Assembly (NCBI GenBank): GCA_041697335.1
Contig: JBGUGD010000001.1
Location: 1 to 64,000 of the forward strand
Source of the DNA: Vampirovibrionaceae bacterium NZW_1234
GTDB lineage: Bacteria; Cyanobacteriota; Vampirovibrionia; Vampirovibrionales; JAGQHJ01
Direction of reading: 5' to 3'
DNA: 64,000 nt
This document shows, one piece after another, positions 48,499 through 58,035 of this stretch. The notes below the pieces were generated by a model. That model saw only the letters and a list, made by a program, of their open reading frames with translations. It was not told the DNA's origin and did no database searches. Position numbers and translations under genes: made by a program. Position 1 is the first letter of the stretch. Each line of letters opens with the position of its first letter.

Positions 48499-51400
48499 AT
48501 GAAAATTTCATTCCCTGGCGTGGGTTCGGAGCGAAAAACGAGTCTACCTCAAGCCCACACGGAAGGTCAGATGGTCTTGCACGCGCCTTCGGCAACACCT
48601 CGATTTTCGGGAGACGCTGGGGGCCGTCCCGCTCGTGCCGGTTTGTTGGCTCGGTTGATGGGGGCCGCTGCGTTTCTGCTTCCGGCCTCGCTGCCCTTGG
48701 TAACCCCAGCCACCCTTCAAGCGCAACAACCGGGACAACCCCAAAAAGTCTATACCGATCAGCGGCCTGATGGCACCCGCATTGAGTCGGTGGACTCGCC
48801 CCAGGATTTGAATCACCTGATCGAATTGCTCAGACAAGATAACCGAAACATTGTTCAACCGTTCAAACAGCCGTTGGTGAGTGAAAAGACGGAACAACGC
48901 GTCAACCAGCTGGTTCAACGCTTGCAAGACAAGCAGCTGGGCCACCTGAAAGTCATTATCGTCAACCGCTCCAATACGGGAAATCGCTTTTTTAACCTGG
49001 CCGAAGACATTCAGAGTTCCTTGCGCCTGGGCCGCAATAATACGATTTTAATCAATGCCGGTGCCCTTCGAGGTGAGTCAGGTGGCAAGCGGATTGCGGT
49101 GACCAACACCCAGTCCATGCTCGAGGCCATGCGGCTTTCCGTGGGGCAGTTCAACCAGCAAAGCGGCAACATTCTGGATGCCCACTTTAAGCCTGCCGCA
49201 TTGGCGGGTGACTACGACAAAGCGGTTGAGGATACGGTTGAAGCCTTGGTGAAACTGGTTGAAGAGCGTGCGGCTCAGCAAAACGGTGGCGAACGACCCA
49301 CGCCTGCCCCCGGTGGCAGTTCTGGTCCGACCATGGATGCTGAGACCACCAAGACGGTTTTTGGGGTGCTGTGCTTCCTGTTTTTTGCCGTCGGCGCCGG
49401 TGGGTTTGGTGTTCTGGTGGCGCGCCAGATGATGAAAAAGCGCCAGCAAGTCCAAGGCAACGTGAATGTGGCAAAGGCCGTCTTGAATGACATTGGATCC
49501 GGGTATGAAGTGGATCGCGGCAACCTGTATTCCATTCCCACGCTGACGGCCTTGTTGCAGCCTACGGGCTCTCCTCAGGCCCACCAGCTGCAAGCGGTTT
49601 TTAATGATATTGAAACCACGTTGGAGAAGAAAAACGCCTCGGGTGACAGTGCCCTGGTGCAACGTCAGCAACTGAAGGAACTGTATCTGAAAGAAGGGTT
49701 GAGCCATCCCAACGCCTTGGTGCGTAACTTCTTTGCCAAACGGTTCCTGTCCAAATTTGAGTTTGATGCCCAAGCCAAACAAACCTTTTATGCCCGCATT
49801 GCCGAAGAAAGCGATGGCGCCGTTGTCGAATCCCTCTCCAAGCCCTTGGTGGAAAAAGCGACAGCTGAGGATCGTCCCAAGTTTCTGGAAGGCCTCTCCA
49901 GTAAATTGGATGGCTGGCGTCAGTTGAGCGTGAACATGCTCGCCAAGCTGTATCAGCCGGGTGATGCCGATACGTTTTGGAAAGCTCTGGCGACAGAAAC
50001 CGATGTCGATGTGAAAGGCGCGCTGAATAAGGCTTTGTTGGCTCATCCCAATGACATCCCTGGCGATACGCTGAAGGCGGCTTTGGCAGCAGAAAACGTG
50101 GCGCAAAAAGAAGCTGCTATTGCTCTTTTAGCCAAGCAGGGTGAATTTACCACGTTATTCGATGCGGCCGAGCAGGAAGCCAATCCGGATTTCCAGAAAT
50201 CTTATCAGGTGGCCTTGAAGGACGCTGTCTCTGAGGCGTCCCTGCCCAAATTGAAGGAAGCCCTTCAAGGGTCCGATGTCGCATCGGCCTTGGCCTTGGC
50301 TTTGCTGGTTCCGGTTGCTCACAAAGAGAAAGCACAGGCCGGAAATGCGGCCCTGGCTGCATTTCATAAAACCCTGGCCAAGTCCCCGGAGACCCCGGAT
50401 CTGGTCGAAAGCCTCTTCGGGCTGGTGGTGTCCGGTTCTGCCGACAAAGCGGAACAAGCCTCCCAAGCGGTCGCTCATCTGGCCAACAAGGCAAGTAAAG
50501 GAAAACTGCTTGCCGCGCTAGGCAGTGACGCGAGTCTGGCTCGTTTGACAGCGGCCAATGCCCTTGATGGGTTGACCGAGGCTGCTGATCTGGAGTCGTT
50601 GCTCAAGGCCAAATCGAGTGAGCAGGATGATAGTGTACGGCAGGCTCTGGAGAAACCAGTAAAGACGGCTCTTAAATCGTCTGGGGCATTCGATACCCTT
50701 ACCGGTTTGTTGGTGAGCCGGTCTGCTTCCGTGCCAACCCAACTTCTAGCCATTCAACACATGACCGAATTTGACAGCAAAGCCGTTCAGCCCTTGGTTG
50801 CCTTGTATGAGGCCACTGAGAATAAGGAGCTGGATAACGCGGTTGAGGAAAGTCTGGAGGCCATTTCACGGGCCTCTGAAGAAGGTACGGAAGCCCTGAT
50901 GGGCTTTGTGGACGCCAGCAAAAAGCAGACCAAGAAAATGGCGGCTAAAATTGTGGCTCAAACCGTGACGCAATGGGCTGAATCCAAGACCTATGATAGC
51001 GCCAAAGCCATGACGCTCTTGCGGACCTGGAAAGATCATGACAATAAGGCCGTTAGCGCCGCAGCGAAACTGACCTACAATGCCCTGGTGGACAAGAAAG
51101 TCGTCGAGGTCAAAACCGAAGCGGCTGAGCGCTACAGTGAAGCTCGCATTAAAAAATTGAAGGCCTTGAGAGATTCTGCCCCGGAACAAACTATTCAGGA
51201 TGCGGCGGAAGAAACCATAACGGCATTGACGGCTAAAAGACCCAAACCGACCCCGCAGAAACCGTATGGAACTCCTTCTCCTTACGGGGGTGGTTCTTCT
51301 TCCGGCGGAAGACGGTCTTATGATCCGCCGCCCTCTGGTGGTGGTGTCGTAATTTTCCCGTCACCCTCGTACGATCCGCCTCCGCCGTCGTACTACCCGC

Positions 51401-51537
51401 CGCCGCCATCCTATTACCCGCCTCCACCAAGTTACTATCCTCCCTCGTATGATCCGCCTCCGTCCTATGACCCGCCACCATCATACGATCCACCCCCGTC
51501 CTATGATCCCCCTTCCGGTGGTGGCAGTGACTGGTAG
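48499..51537 (+). CDS. TPM-domain membrane protein with HEAT repeats and Pro/Tyr-rich tail
   Basis: Signal-like segment, TPM-like domain ending FKPAALAGDYDKAVEDTVEAL, TM helix, HEAT-like helices, SY[DY]Pn repeats, terminal GGGSDW. Confidence 0.8.
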   Translation: MKISFPGVGSERKTSLPQAHTEGQMVLHAPSATPRFSGDAGGRPARAGLLARLMGAAAFLLPASLPLVTPATLQAQQPGQPQKVYTDQRPDGTRIESVDSPQDLNHLIELLRQDNRNIVQPFKQPLVSEKTEQRVNQLVQRLQDKQLGHLKVIIVNRSNTGNRFFNLAEDIQSSLRLGRNNTILINAGALRGESGGKRIAVTNTQSMLEAMRLSVGQFNQQSGNILDAHFKPAALAGDYDKAVEDTVEALVKLVEERAAQQNGGERPTPAPGGSSGPTMDAETTKTVFGVLCFLFFAVGAGGFGVLVARQMMKKRQQVQGNVNVAKAVLNDIGSGYEVDRGNLYSIPTLTALLQPTGSPQAHQLQAVFNDIETTLEKKNASGDSALVQRQQLKELYLKEGLSHPNALVRNFFAKRFLSKFEFDAQAKQTFYARIAEESDGAVVESLSKPLVEKATAEDRPKFLEGLSSKLDGWRQLSVNMLAKLYQPGDADTFWKALATETDVDVKGALNKALLAHPNDIPGDTLKAALAAENVAQKEAAIALLAKQGEFTTLFDAAEQEANPDFQKSYQVALKDAVSEASLPKLKEALQGSDVASALALALLVPVAHKEKAQAGNAALAAFHKTLAKSPETPDLVESLFGLVVSGSADKAEQASQAVAHLANKASKGKLLAALGSDASLARLTAANALDGLTEAADLESLLKAKSSEQDDSVRQALEKPVKTALKSSGAFDTLTGLLVSRSASVPTQLLAIQHMTEFDSKAVQPLVALYEATENKELDNAVEESLEAISRASEEGTEALMGFVDASKKQTKKMAAKIVAQTVTQWAESKTYDSAKAMTLLRTWKDHDNKAVSAAAKLTYNALVDKKVVEVKTEAAERYSEARIKKLKALRDSAPEQTIQDAAEETITALTAKRPKPTPQKPYGTPSPYGGGSSSGGRRSYDPPPSGGGVVIFPSPSYDPPPPSYYPPPPSYYPPPPSYYPPSYDPPPSYDPPPSYDPPPSYDPPSGGGSDW
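51361..51516 (+). repeat. Coding tandem repeat (Ser-Tyr-[Asp/Tyr]-Pro2-4) x8
   Basis: Direct translation; codons vary between units. Confidence 0.9.
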
Positions 51538-51555
51538 GTCTGCAAGGAGTTTTTG

Positions 51556-53718
51556 ATGAATCCGATCACGAAAATTGATGCTCTGTCCCTGCGCTTTGGC
51601 ATGGCCTTGCCCGAAGGGGACCCCGCGTCCCAGTCGGCGGCTTATGCCGGTGCCAACGAGCTAAGGGCCTGGTTGAAAGAGGCCGATAAAAGAATGGATG
51701 ATATGGTGTTTAAGCCTGTCAACCAAGCGCCTCCTGAAACCACCCTGTCTAAAGCCAAGGCGGCGTTGAAACGAGTGCTACTGCCCTTGGCGGGCTTATC
51801 GGCGCTTTTGATTACTTCGGCTGCCAGTAATCGGGCTCATACCCAGAGTATTACCGGCAATCCGTTTTCGGCCTATGGGCACAGTCAGGATGCGCGGCCT
51901 CGGATCTATCCCAATTGGCAGCGTTTGTCAGAAGTGACACAAACGGCCCAGGCCACGGGGAAAACCCAGGATCCCCAAATGATCGGGCAATTCGTCGATC
52001 GTTATCACGGGTTTTTATACCAGGTCATGGGGGTCTTGCGGGATCATCCGGGCATGCTGGATCAGGCCCTTCAGGATAAGTTGGCCAGAACACCGGACTT
52101 TCGCCCCAACTCCAACCTGCGAAGCTATGCCAATGATTTTATTGATTTTATGAAGCGCGAGATCAACCGTCTTGGCGTGGCCTATGATCCGGATCGCCCC
52201 ACCAGCCCAATCCCGGGACCGGATGTGATCAATCAGGTCGACATCAAAGGCAAGTTCCTGGATAATTTGCCGGAGTTAGGTGTGCCCCAGGATCGGCGCC
52301 AGGAGTTTGCCGATGCGCTTCGAGAGGCGTTTAAACGCAGTGTGCGTTCACCCAAGTCCAGTGATTTTATGGATATCTTTGTGGCCTCCGTGGGCACCGG
52401 TGTGGATGGGGTGACCCTGGATGAATTTGCAGGCGCCCATACCCGAGAGGATGCCCAGCGCTTGCTGGATAAAACGTTAAACAACAGCAATAACTTTAAA
52501 AACTGGACGCCTGCCGAGCGGGATGCCTTAAAAAAACGGGTCAACCAGATTTTAGGGGGCGTCAACAGCCAGTCCCATGATGTCCTGCTGATGCTCCTCA
52601 CGTCTCTGGCGGGTTTGGGAGCCGTGGGTGTGGCAGCGCTTTATAACAAGCGTTTTATTGGCGCCGTCCAAGCGCTTGCAGTTGGGGTTCCCAAGGGCCT
52701 TCGTGAATCGGTTCTGGTGATTAACACGGCGGATATGAATAACCCGCAGGTGCGTCAATATTTAGGCAATGCCTTTGGGCTGTTGAAAGATGAAGCCCAA
52801 AGTGCGGCCGATCTGTTTGCTGCCAGCTTTGAAAACAGTTCGGATTTTCAAGAGCAATGGCGAGCCCTGGGGAAATCCCAAAAAGACTTGCCGACGGCCG
52901 ATGATATCCTGCAACAAGTGCTCTATGACGTTAAAGAAGCGTCGAAAAACGATCGGACATTTTTGCAGCGATGGAAAGAAGAACCCCTGTCCGAGCTGGC
53001 CTTTGTCCAGGCGTTGGTGAATGCCTTTGAAGAGGGCAAGGAATCCGGGGCGCTCTTTGTGAAGTTGGGGATGCCTCAAGGGACGGTCACTCCCACTGAG
53101 ACCGATGTTGCCAAGGCGAAGGATCCTGTGGATGCCCTTCGGATTCGCCGTCAAGTTGTGCAACATAAACTGCGTGATGCGCGTAAACTGTTCCTGCAGC
53201 ATACGTTAATGGCACTGCAGGTGGATGCTGAAATTGCCAAACATCAGCAGGCAATCTCGGATATTGCGAGACAGGCCCGCATTGCCAATGTCTTAACGGA
53301 TGAAGCGAAGAAGAAACAGCAACGGTCCCAGCTCGGGGCTCAATTGTTGGAGCGAGAAGCGGCCCTGAAAGCCGCCAACGCCCGGAAGAAAACCACAGAC
53401 GAACTCCTGCTTCGGACAAAGTTGACGATTCGGGATGCTGTTGCGGATTACTCGCGACACCTTGAGCAACTGAACGAATGGATTCAGCGAGGCGAACATG
53501 TGGCTCAGCGTGAGCAACTGTTGGCTTTGAGAGACAAATCGAAGCAAGAGCTGGATGATCCGAGATTGAACGAAATTACCGAGGATATTTTGGATCAGGA
53601 AGCGATGCAGGCAGCCATTGCCCAGCGCGAAGCCAAGGAAAAAGGTCAGTTGGTTGAGATTAAAACCCTTCTGCATCTGCCTGCACAAGGCGCCAGTGAT
53701 GCCGCCGGGGCTTCTTAG
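51556..53718 (+). CDS. Membrane protein with C-terminal PspA/IM30-like coiled coil
   Basis: Two hydrophobic segments; AKDPVDALRIRRQVVQHKLRDARK resembles the PspA EDP helix-1 start, then a long coiled coil. Confidence 0.65.
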   Translation: MNPITKIDALSLRFGMALPEGDPASQSAAYAGANELRAWLKEADKRMDDMVFKPVNQAPPETTLSKAKAALKRVLLPLAGLSALLITSAASNRAHTQSITGNPFSAYGHSQDARPRIYPNWQRLSEVTQTAQATGKTQDPQMIGQFVDRYHGFLYQVMGVLRDHPGMLDQALQDKLARTPDFRPNSNLRSYANDFIDFMKREINRLGVAYDPDRPTSPIPGPDVINQVDIKGKFLDNLPELGVPQDRRQEFADALREAFKRSVRSPKSSDFMDIFVASVGTGVDGVTLDEFAGAHTREDAQRLLDKTLNNSNNFKNWTPAERDALKKRVNQILGGVNSQSHDVLLMLLTSLAGLGAVGVAALYNKRFIGAVQALAVGVPKGLRESVLVINTADMNNPQVRQYLGNAFGLLKDEAQSAADLFAASFENSSDFQEQWRALGKSQKDLPTADDILQQVLYDVKEASKNDRTFLQRWKEEPLSELAFVQALVNAFEEGKESGALFVKLGMPQGTVTPTETDVAKAKDPVDALRIRRQVVQHKLRDARKLFLQHTLMALQVDAEIAKHQQAISDIARQARIANVLTDEAKKKQQRSQLGAQLLEREAALKAANARKKTTDELLLRTKLTIRDAVADYSRHLEQLNEWIQRGEHVAQREQLLALRDKSKQELDDPRLNEITEDILDQEAMQAAIAQREAKEKGQLVEIKTLLHLPAQGASDAAGAS

Positions 53719-53729
53719 GAGAGGACGTG

Positions 53730-55454
53730 ATGATGTCGATGATTGCTTCTCTCCCCTCGCGTTCACACGGTCTTCGCACGGCTTTACCGCACTATCCTGC
53801 TTCCACGCACCCTCAGGTGCGGGTTCGCTTTGGTTCTGATGCCACTGCTCAGCCCCCGGCAAACGCTGGGACCGCAACCACCAAGCTGCCTCCCTTTACC
53901 CATGAAGGCTATATGTTTATCAGTCTTCTTTCGAACATGGAGCATCCCGCACCGGCCAAAACCGGCGCCCTGATTAATTTAATTAAAATTCTGACGGCTT
54001 CTCCCGATTTGACGGCTTATCTCAATAAGCAAGGCAGTCGGGCCATCGATATTTACCGGGGTGTGGATGAACAGTATTTGCCTTCGCTGAGAGCCAAAAT
54101 GCTGGAAAAGAAGCGTACACCCGGGTACCAGAAGCCTTTTTACGCCAAACTGAACGATGACGAGTTTGAGGAGCTGAAACAGTCCATTCGTCGTTTTGCG
54201 CAACAAAACGGCTTGGAGCGGGTCAATCCGATCACAATTTGGCATTGGTTGCTCAAAGAAGACAAAGACAATTTTGTCCGAAACGTTTTGGTGGAGTCCG
54301 GATTGACCACCGAACGCATTGCCGCCATGAAAAATCTGCCGATTCCCAAGCCGGAGCCACCGACGCCACCCGGTGGCGTCATTGTCGCTTCGAACAAGCG
54401 CCCCACCCGTGCCCAGTTGGAAACCATGGAAAAAGGCTTTGAGAAAGTTCCCCGAATCCTGGTAGGCCAAAAAGGGGCTGTTCGCAAGATTATGGAGTTT
54501 ATCCAGGAGCGCCAGATCGGGTACAAGATCGAGGATGAAATCAACGAACACCCCAATAAGCCCGATTGCAATATTCTGATTCTTGGCCCCTCCGGTGTGG
54601 GGAAAACCTTGCTGGGAAAGACCTTGGCTCACGTCTTGGAGCGGCCTCTGGTCAGCCGAAAGATGAACGAATACAAAGACTCTCAAAGTATTCGCCAACT
54701 CCTCGGTGCCGGGCCCGGTTACGTCGGCTATGGCAAGAAAAGTTTGGCCAGCGACATGATTGATGCCAATGAAAATACCCAGACCAAAGGTACCAATCCG
54801 CCAGTGGTGCTGTTTGATGAAATTGAAAAAATGGATGATGAAGCCTTTGAAGTGCTGATGCAGGCCTATGACGAAGGTGAGCTGCAAAGCGGCACCGGTG
54901 AGACGGCCTCGTTTAAAAATACCATTATCCTGAACACATCGAACCTGGCCCAGGATAAAATCAAGCAGGCCCAGGCCGAAGGCAAGAGCCCTCAGGAAAT
55001 TGAGAAAATCGTGAACGAGGCACTTGAAGGCCGTTATAAGCCTGAACAGTTGGGCCGCTTTGATCTGGTGGTTGTGTTTGAGTCTCTCACCGAAGATGAT
55101 TTCCGGGTTGTCCTGGAGCGTGACCTGGAGAAGCTGAAAGCCCATGTCAAAGACGTGGATCACATTAATCTTGCCATTGATCTGGAAGCCGTTAATCAGC
55201 TTCATAAAGCGGGCTACAGTCGCGATTTCGGGATCCGTCACCTGAAACGGACCATCAAGTCCAAATTGTTGTCGCCCCTGGCACAACAGCGTAAGCAATT
55301 GATTTTGCAGGATAAGTTAACCGATCGCCCGGACAATGGGACTTATTTTGTGAAACCGGGCGATAACGGCCAGTTAGCCATTACCTATCAACCCCCGGCG
55401 GAGCCAGTCGCTCAAGCTGCTGAGCCACCGCCAACCGCTTCAAGTCCCTCTTAA
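53730..55454 (+). CDS. ClpA/ClpB-like AAA+ ATPase with only the D2 module
   Basis: GPSGVGKT, GPGYVGY pore loop, VVLFDEIEK, NTSN, FGIRHLKRTI; Clp-N-like segment upstream; no D1 module. Confidence 0.88.
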   Translation: MMSMIASLPSRSHGLRTALPHYPASTHPQVRVRFGSDATAQPPANAGTATTKLPPFTHEGYMFISLLSNMEHPAPAKTGALINLIKILTASPDLTAYLNKQGSRAIDIYRGVDEQYLPSLRAKMLEKKRTPGYQKPFYAKLNDDEFEELKQSIRRFAQQNGLERVNPITIWHWLLKEDKDNFVRNVLVESGLTTERIAAMKNLPIPKPEPPTPPGGVIVASNKRPTRAQLETMEKGFEKVPRILVGQKGAVRKIMEFIQERQIGYKIEDEINEHPNKPDCNILILGPSGVGKTLLGKTLAHVLERPLVSRKMNEYKDSQSIRQLLGAGPGYVGYGKKSLASDMIDANENTQTKGTNPPVVLFDEIEKMDDEAFEVLMQAYDEGELQSGTGETASFKNTIILNTSNLAQDKIKQAQAEGKSPQEIEKIVNEALEGRYKPEQLGRFDLVVVFESLTEDDFRVVLERDLEKLKAHVKDVDHINLAIDLEAVNQLHKAGYSRDFGIRHLKRTIKSKLLSPLAQQRKQLILQDKLTDRPDNGTYFVKPGDNGQLAITYQPPAEPVAQAAEPPPTASSPS

Positions 55455-55505
55455 TAATTATCTTGATTTGCGTATTGCTTCATCAGAAGAAAGGAGATCT
55501 GCGTT

Positions 55506-56432
55506 ATGCAAACGATTCATCTATCCCCCACGCAAGCCCAGGTGATGCGCCCAGGTCATCGCCCGGCTGCTGTGGCTCCCTCGATGGCCATGTTGACCTC
55601 GACCCGCCTTCAGGGGCAAACAGCAAACTCCGTCCGGTTTGGCGGGTTTGGTGTTAAAGCTATTGGTGAAACCATTGCGGCTAAGCTGGAATGGTGGGCA
55701 TGTAAGCTGCTCTTTATGTCCGATGAACAAATCATTCAGCGTCGGATTCGCAAGCATTCTGAGCGCAAAGAAATTGCCAATCAAGCCTTGGATCTTCAGG
55801 TGGCTGAAGAAATTAAAGCCAACAGCCGCTTGACGGCCCTACAGGCTGAGCGTCAAAACTTGTTTAATCAAGCATCAAGAAAGCGCGAATTGGCTAAGAA
55901 AGCTGCCGGAGATGCGCAAGCGGGCTTAAATGCGGAAGCAGCGGAATTGGCAAAACAGTTGAAAGCGAAAGATGCTGAAATCGAAGCCCAACAATCCGTG
56001 GTGAATGATGCAACTGTGATGGCAAATCGGGCTCGCCTCAGACATTCTGATCTGCAAGCGAAACTCGATAAATATCAACAGCAATTGAAAGCGCTGCAAA
56101 GCCGTACCAAAGTGGTGAAGCAAAAAGAAAAATTGCAAAAAGTCGAGGATGAAGCAGATCGCTTGGCTGGTAAGGCGGATGCTGCTGGAGATCCCATTAT
56201 GGATGCTATTCAAGGCAACATTGAAGACAGAGAAGCAATGTTGCAAGCACGTGATCAACGTAAAACGGGGGATCCAACCCAAATGCAACAACGTGTTGCG
56301 GCTCAGGAATTTGAGCGCCAGCAAGCGGAACAAGATGCATTAGCTGCCTTGGATGCTGAAATTGCCGCTAAAACCGGCGGGAATAAAGAAGACAAAAAGC
56401 CCGCCGATCGCTCTGACGAAGTCGAGAAATAA
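55506..56432 (+). CDS. PspA/IM30 (Vipp1)-like coiled-coil protein
   Basis: All-helical, with PspA-like helix layout and acidic C-terminal LAALDAEI. RBS AAGGAG. Confidence 0.65.
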   Translation: MQTIHLSPTQAQVMRPGHRPAAVAPSMAMLTSTRLQGQTANSVRFGGFGVKAIGETIAAKLEWWACKLLFMSDEQIIQRRIRKHSERKEIANQALDLQVAEEIKANSRLTALQAERQNLFNQASRKRELAKKAAGDAQAGLNAEAAELAKQLKAKDAEIEAQQSVVNDATVMANRARLRHSDLQAKLDKYQQQLKALQSRTKVVKQKEKLQKVEDEADRLAGKADAAGDPIMDAIQGNIEDREAMLQARDQRKTGDPTQMQQRVAAQEFERQQAEQDALAALDAEIAAKTGGNKEDKKPADRSDEVEK

Positions 56433-56461
56433 ATGATTTGATTTCAGTCTCATCGTCTTTA

Positions 56462-56498
56462 AAAGCACCCTCTGGATCATCCAGAGGGTGCTTTATTT
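56462..56498 (+). terminator. Intrinsic terminator closing the four-gene operon
   Basis: AAAGCACCCTCTGGA-TCA-TCCAGAGGGTGCTTT followed by ATTT. Confidence 0.85.
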
Positions 56499-56660
56499 GG
56501 GTTCATCTGCAAGAAGTCGTCTGGAGTTGAGAAACCCAAGACACGCAATCAACTCATTAAGATGATGGATGTGGTGGTTCGAGGGAATTTTCTACAATAC
56601 CCAGTGAGATACTCTATCGCTTTTTGCAAGAACGAGTCAGAAAAGGGGTCAAGCAACGTG

Positions 56661-57923
56661 ATGGTCTTTGTTAATTTCTCGAAACGGATCCGCCGTGGTG
56701 TTGCCATGGTGACTTTGTTACTGACCTTGTTGCCCATGTTCACTGCAGGGCTTTATGCTGAGATGCCCTCAGATGGTCGGTTTCAGGCCATTGTAAACCG
56801 ACCTCTTACGAATGATAAGTTTGACGACGATTACATTCAATTTGTTGCCAATAAGTGGTTGCAAATCAAAGAACAAAAAGCCAGTATGCCTGCTGTTCTC
56901 AAGGGCAGTATCTCGAAAGGCGAAAGTGATTATATTTTGGGTGCCGGGGATACTTTGACTGTTGTTATTCCCTATTTATACAATTCCACGAATCGCAATT
57001 TAACCTTAAGACAACAGCAAACCCGAATTTTTGAAGATCCGCCGGAATCCATTGATGCGGTGATTCGGGCAAACGGAAAGGCCACGATTCCACCATTTGG
57101 GACTTTTACTGTCTCAGGGATGACGGTGACGGAATTCAATCAAATGCTGACCGAAATGGCAAAACTGTATCTGATTGAGCCCAGGGTTTATGTCAGTATT
57201 AAGAGCATGCGTCCCTACACCGTTTATATTACAGGAGAAGTGCAGCGGCCGGGTGGCTACCAAACCCTTAATGCCCCAGAAGCTGCGTATTTGTCCTTTG
57301 CCGATAATGCTTCAACAGACGCGAAAACCCAGCATTTTTATGAACCTCGCATTTCGTCTATGATCGTAAAAGCGGGCGGGATTCTTCCTTACGCCGATGT
57401 ACAAAATGTGAGTGTTACAAACACGCGCACCGGGAAAAATATCGTCGTCAATCTCGAGGACATTGTGGCCAAGGGCGACACATCTCAAGATTATGTGCTT
57501 CAACCGGATGATGTGATTCATGTTCCTCCCAGTAAAACTCAGGTCGCTCCTGAACTTTTAGCGTCGGTTATTGGTTCTGAAACGGTTATTGTCCGGGTCT
57601 TTGGCTATATGAATAAAGGGGGAAGTGGAAATACGGATGTGCGCTTGGATCCCAGATCGATGACGGCGTTAAACGCCCTCTCGCATGTTAATACCGACCC
57701 TGAGGCCGATTTGCGCCACTTGTATGTGTTGCGCAAACGCGAAGATGGGAATACCTTTGAAAAGTTTACCTTTAATGGTCTGGAACGGGATTTTCCGCTG
57801 CAACCCAATGATGTAGTGGTAGTTCCTCATCGCCGTCGCATCCATGAGATTCAGCAATTGCTCACGGCGGCATCAACATTACTGTTTGCTGGATTCTCTG
57901 GGGTTAATATTTTTAGACAGTGA
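56661..57923 (+). CDS. Polysaccharide export protein (Wza/SLBB)
   Basis: Signal peptide, YILGAGDTL, VYITGEVQRPGGY, KAGGI, LQPDDVIHVP. Confidence 0.88.
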   Translation: MVFVNFSKRIRRGVAMVTLLLTLLPMFTAGLYAEMPSDGRFQAIVNRPLTNDKFDDDYIQFVANKWLQIKEQKASMPAVLKGSISKGESDYILGAGDTLTVVIPYLYNSTNRNLTLRQQQTRIFEDPPESIDAVIRANGKATIPPFGTFTVSGMTVTEFNQMLTEMAKLYLIEPRVYVSIKSMRPYTVYITGEVQRPGGYQTLNAPEAAYLSFADNASTDAKTQHFYEPRISSMIVKAGGILPYADVQNVSVTNTRTGKNIVVNLEDIVAKGDTSQDYVLQPDDVIHVPPSKTQVAPELLASVIGSETVIVRVFGYMNKGGSGNTDVRLDPRSMTALNALSHVNTDPEADLRHLYVLRKREDGNTFEKFTFNGLERDFPLQPNDVVVVPHRRRIHEIQQLLTAASTLLFAGFSGVNIFRQ

Positions 57924-58035
57924 TAAAGCTTCAGAGAAATTGGACCGCTCTTAGACGTTCTTTTTTATTGTAATTGCCAGGAACAATGGTCAGTTGGGCA
58001 ACTGAATCCCTACTCTTTTTGGACATGTTCATCTT

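Noticed and set aside
35076..55298. Long antisense ORFs (35076..36335, 41440..42837, 49078..50106, 53979..55298)
   Set aside because: They lie entirely opposite well-supported genes and have no motifs.
53730..55454. Calling the ATPase clpB/clpC or a truncated pseudogene
   Set aside because: It lacks D1 and the middle domain, but is an uninterrupted ORF with its own leader and intact motifs inside an operon.
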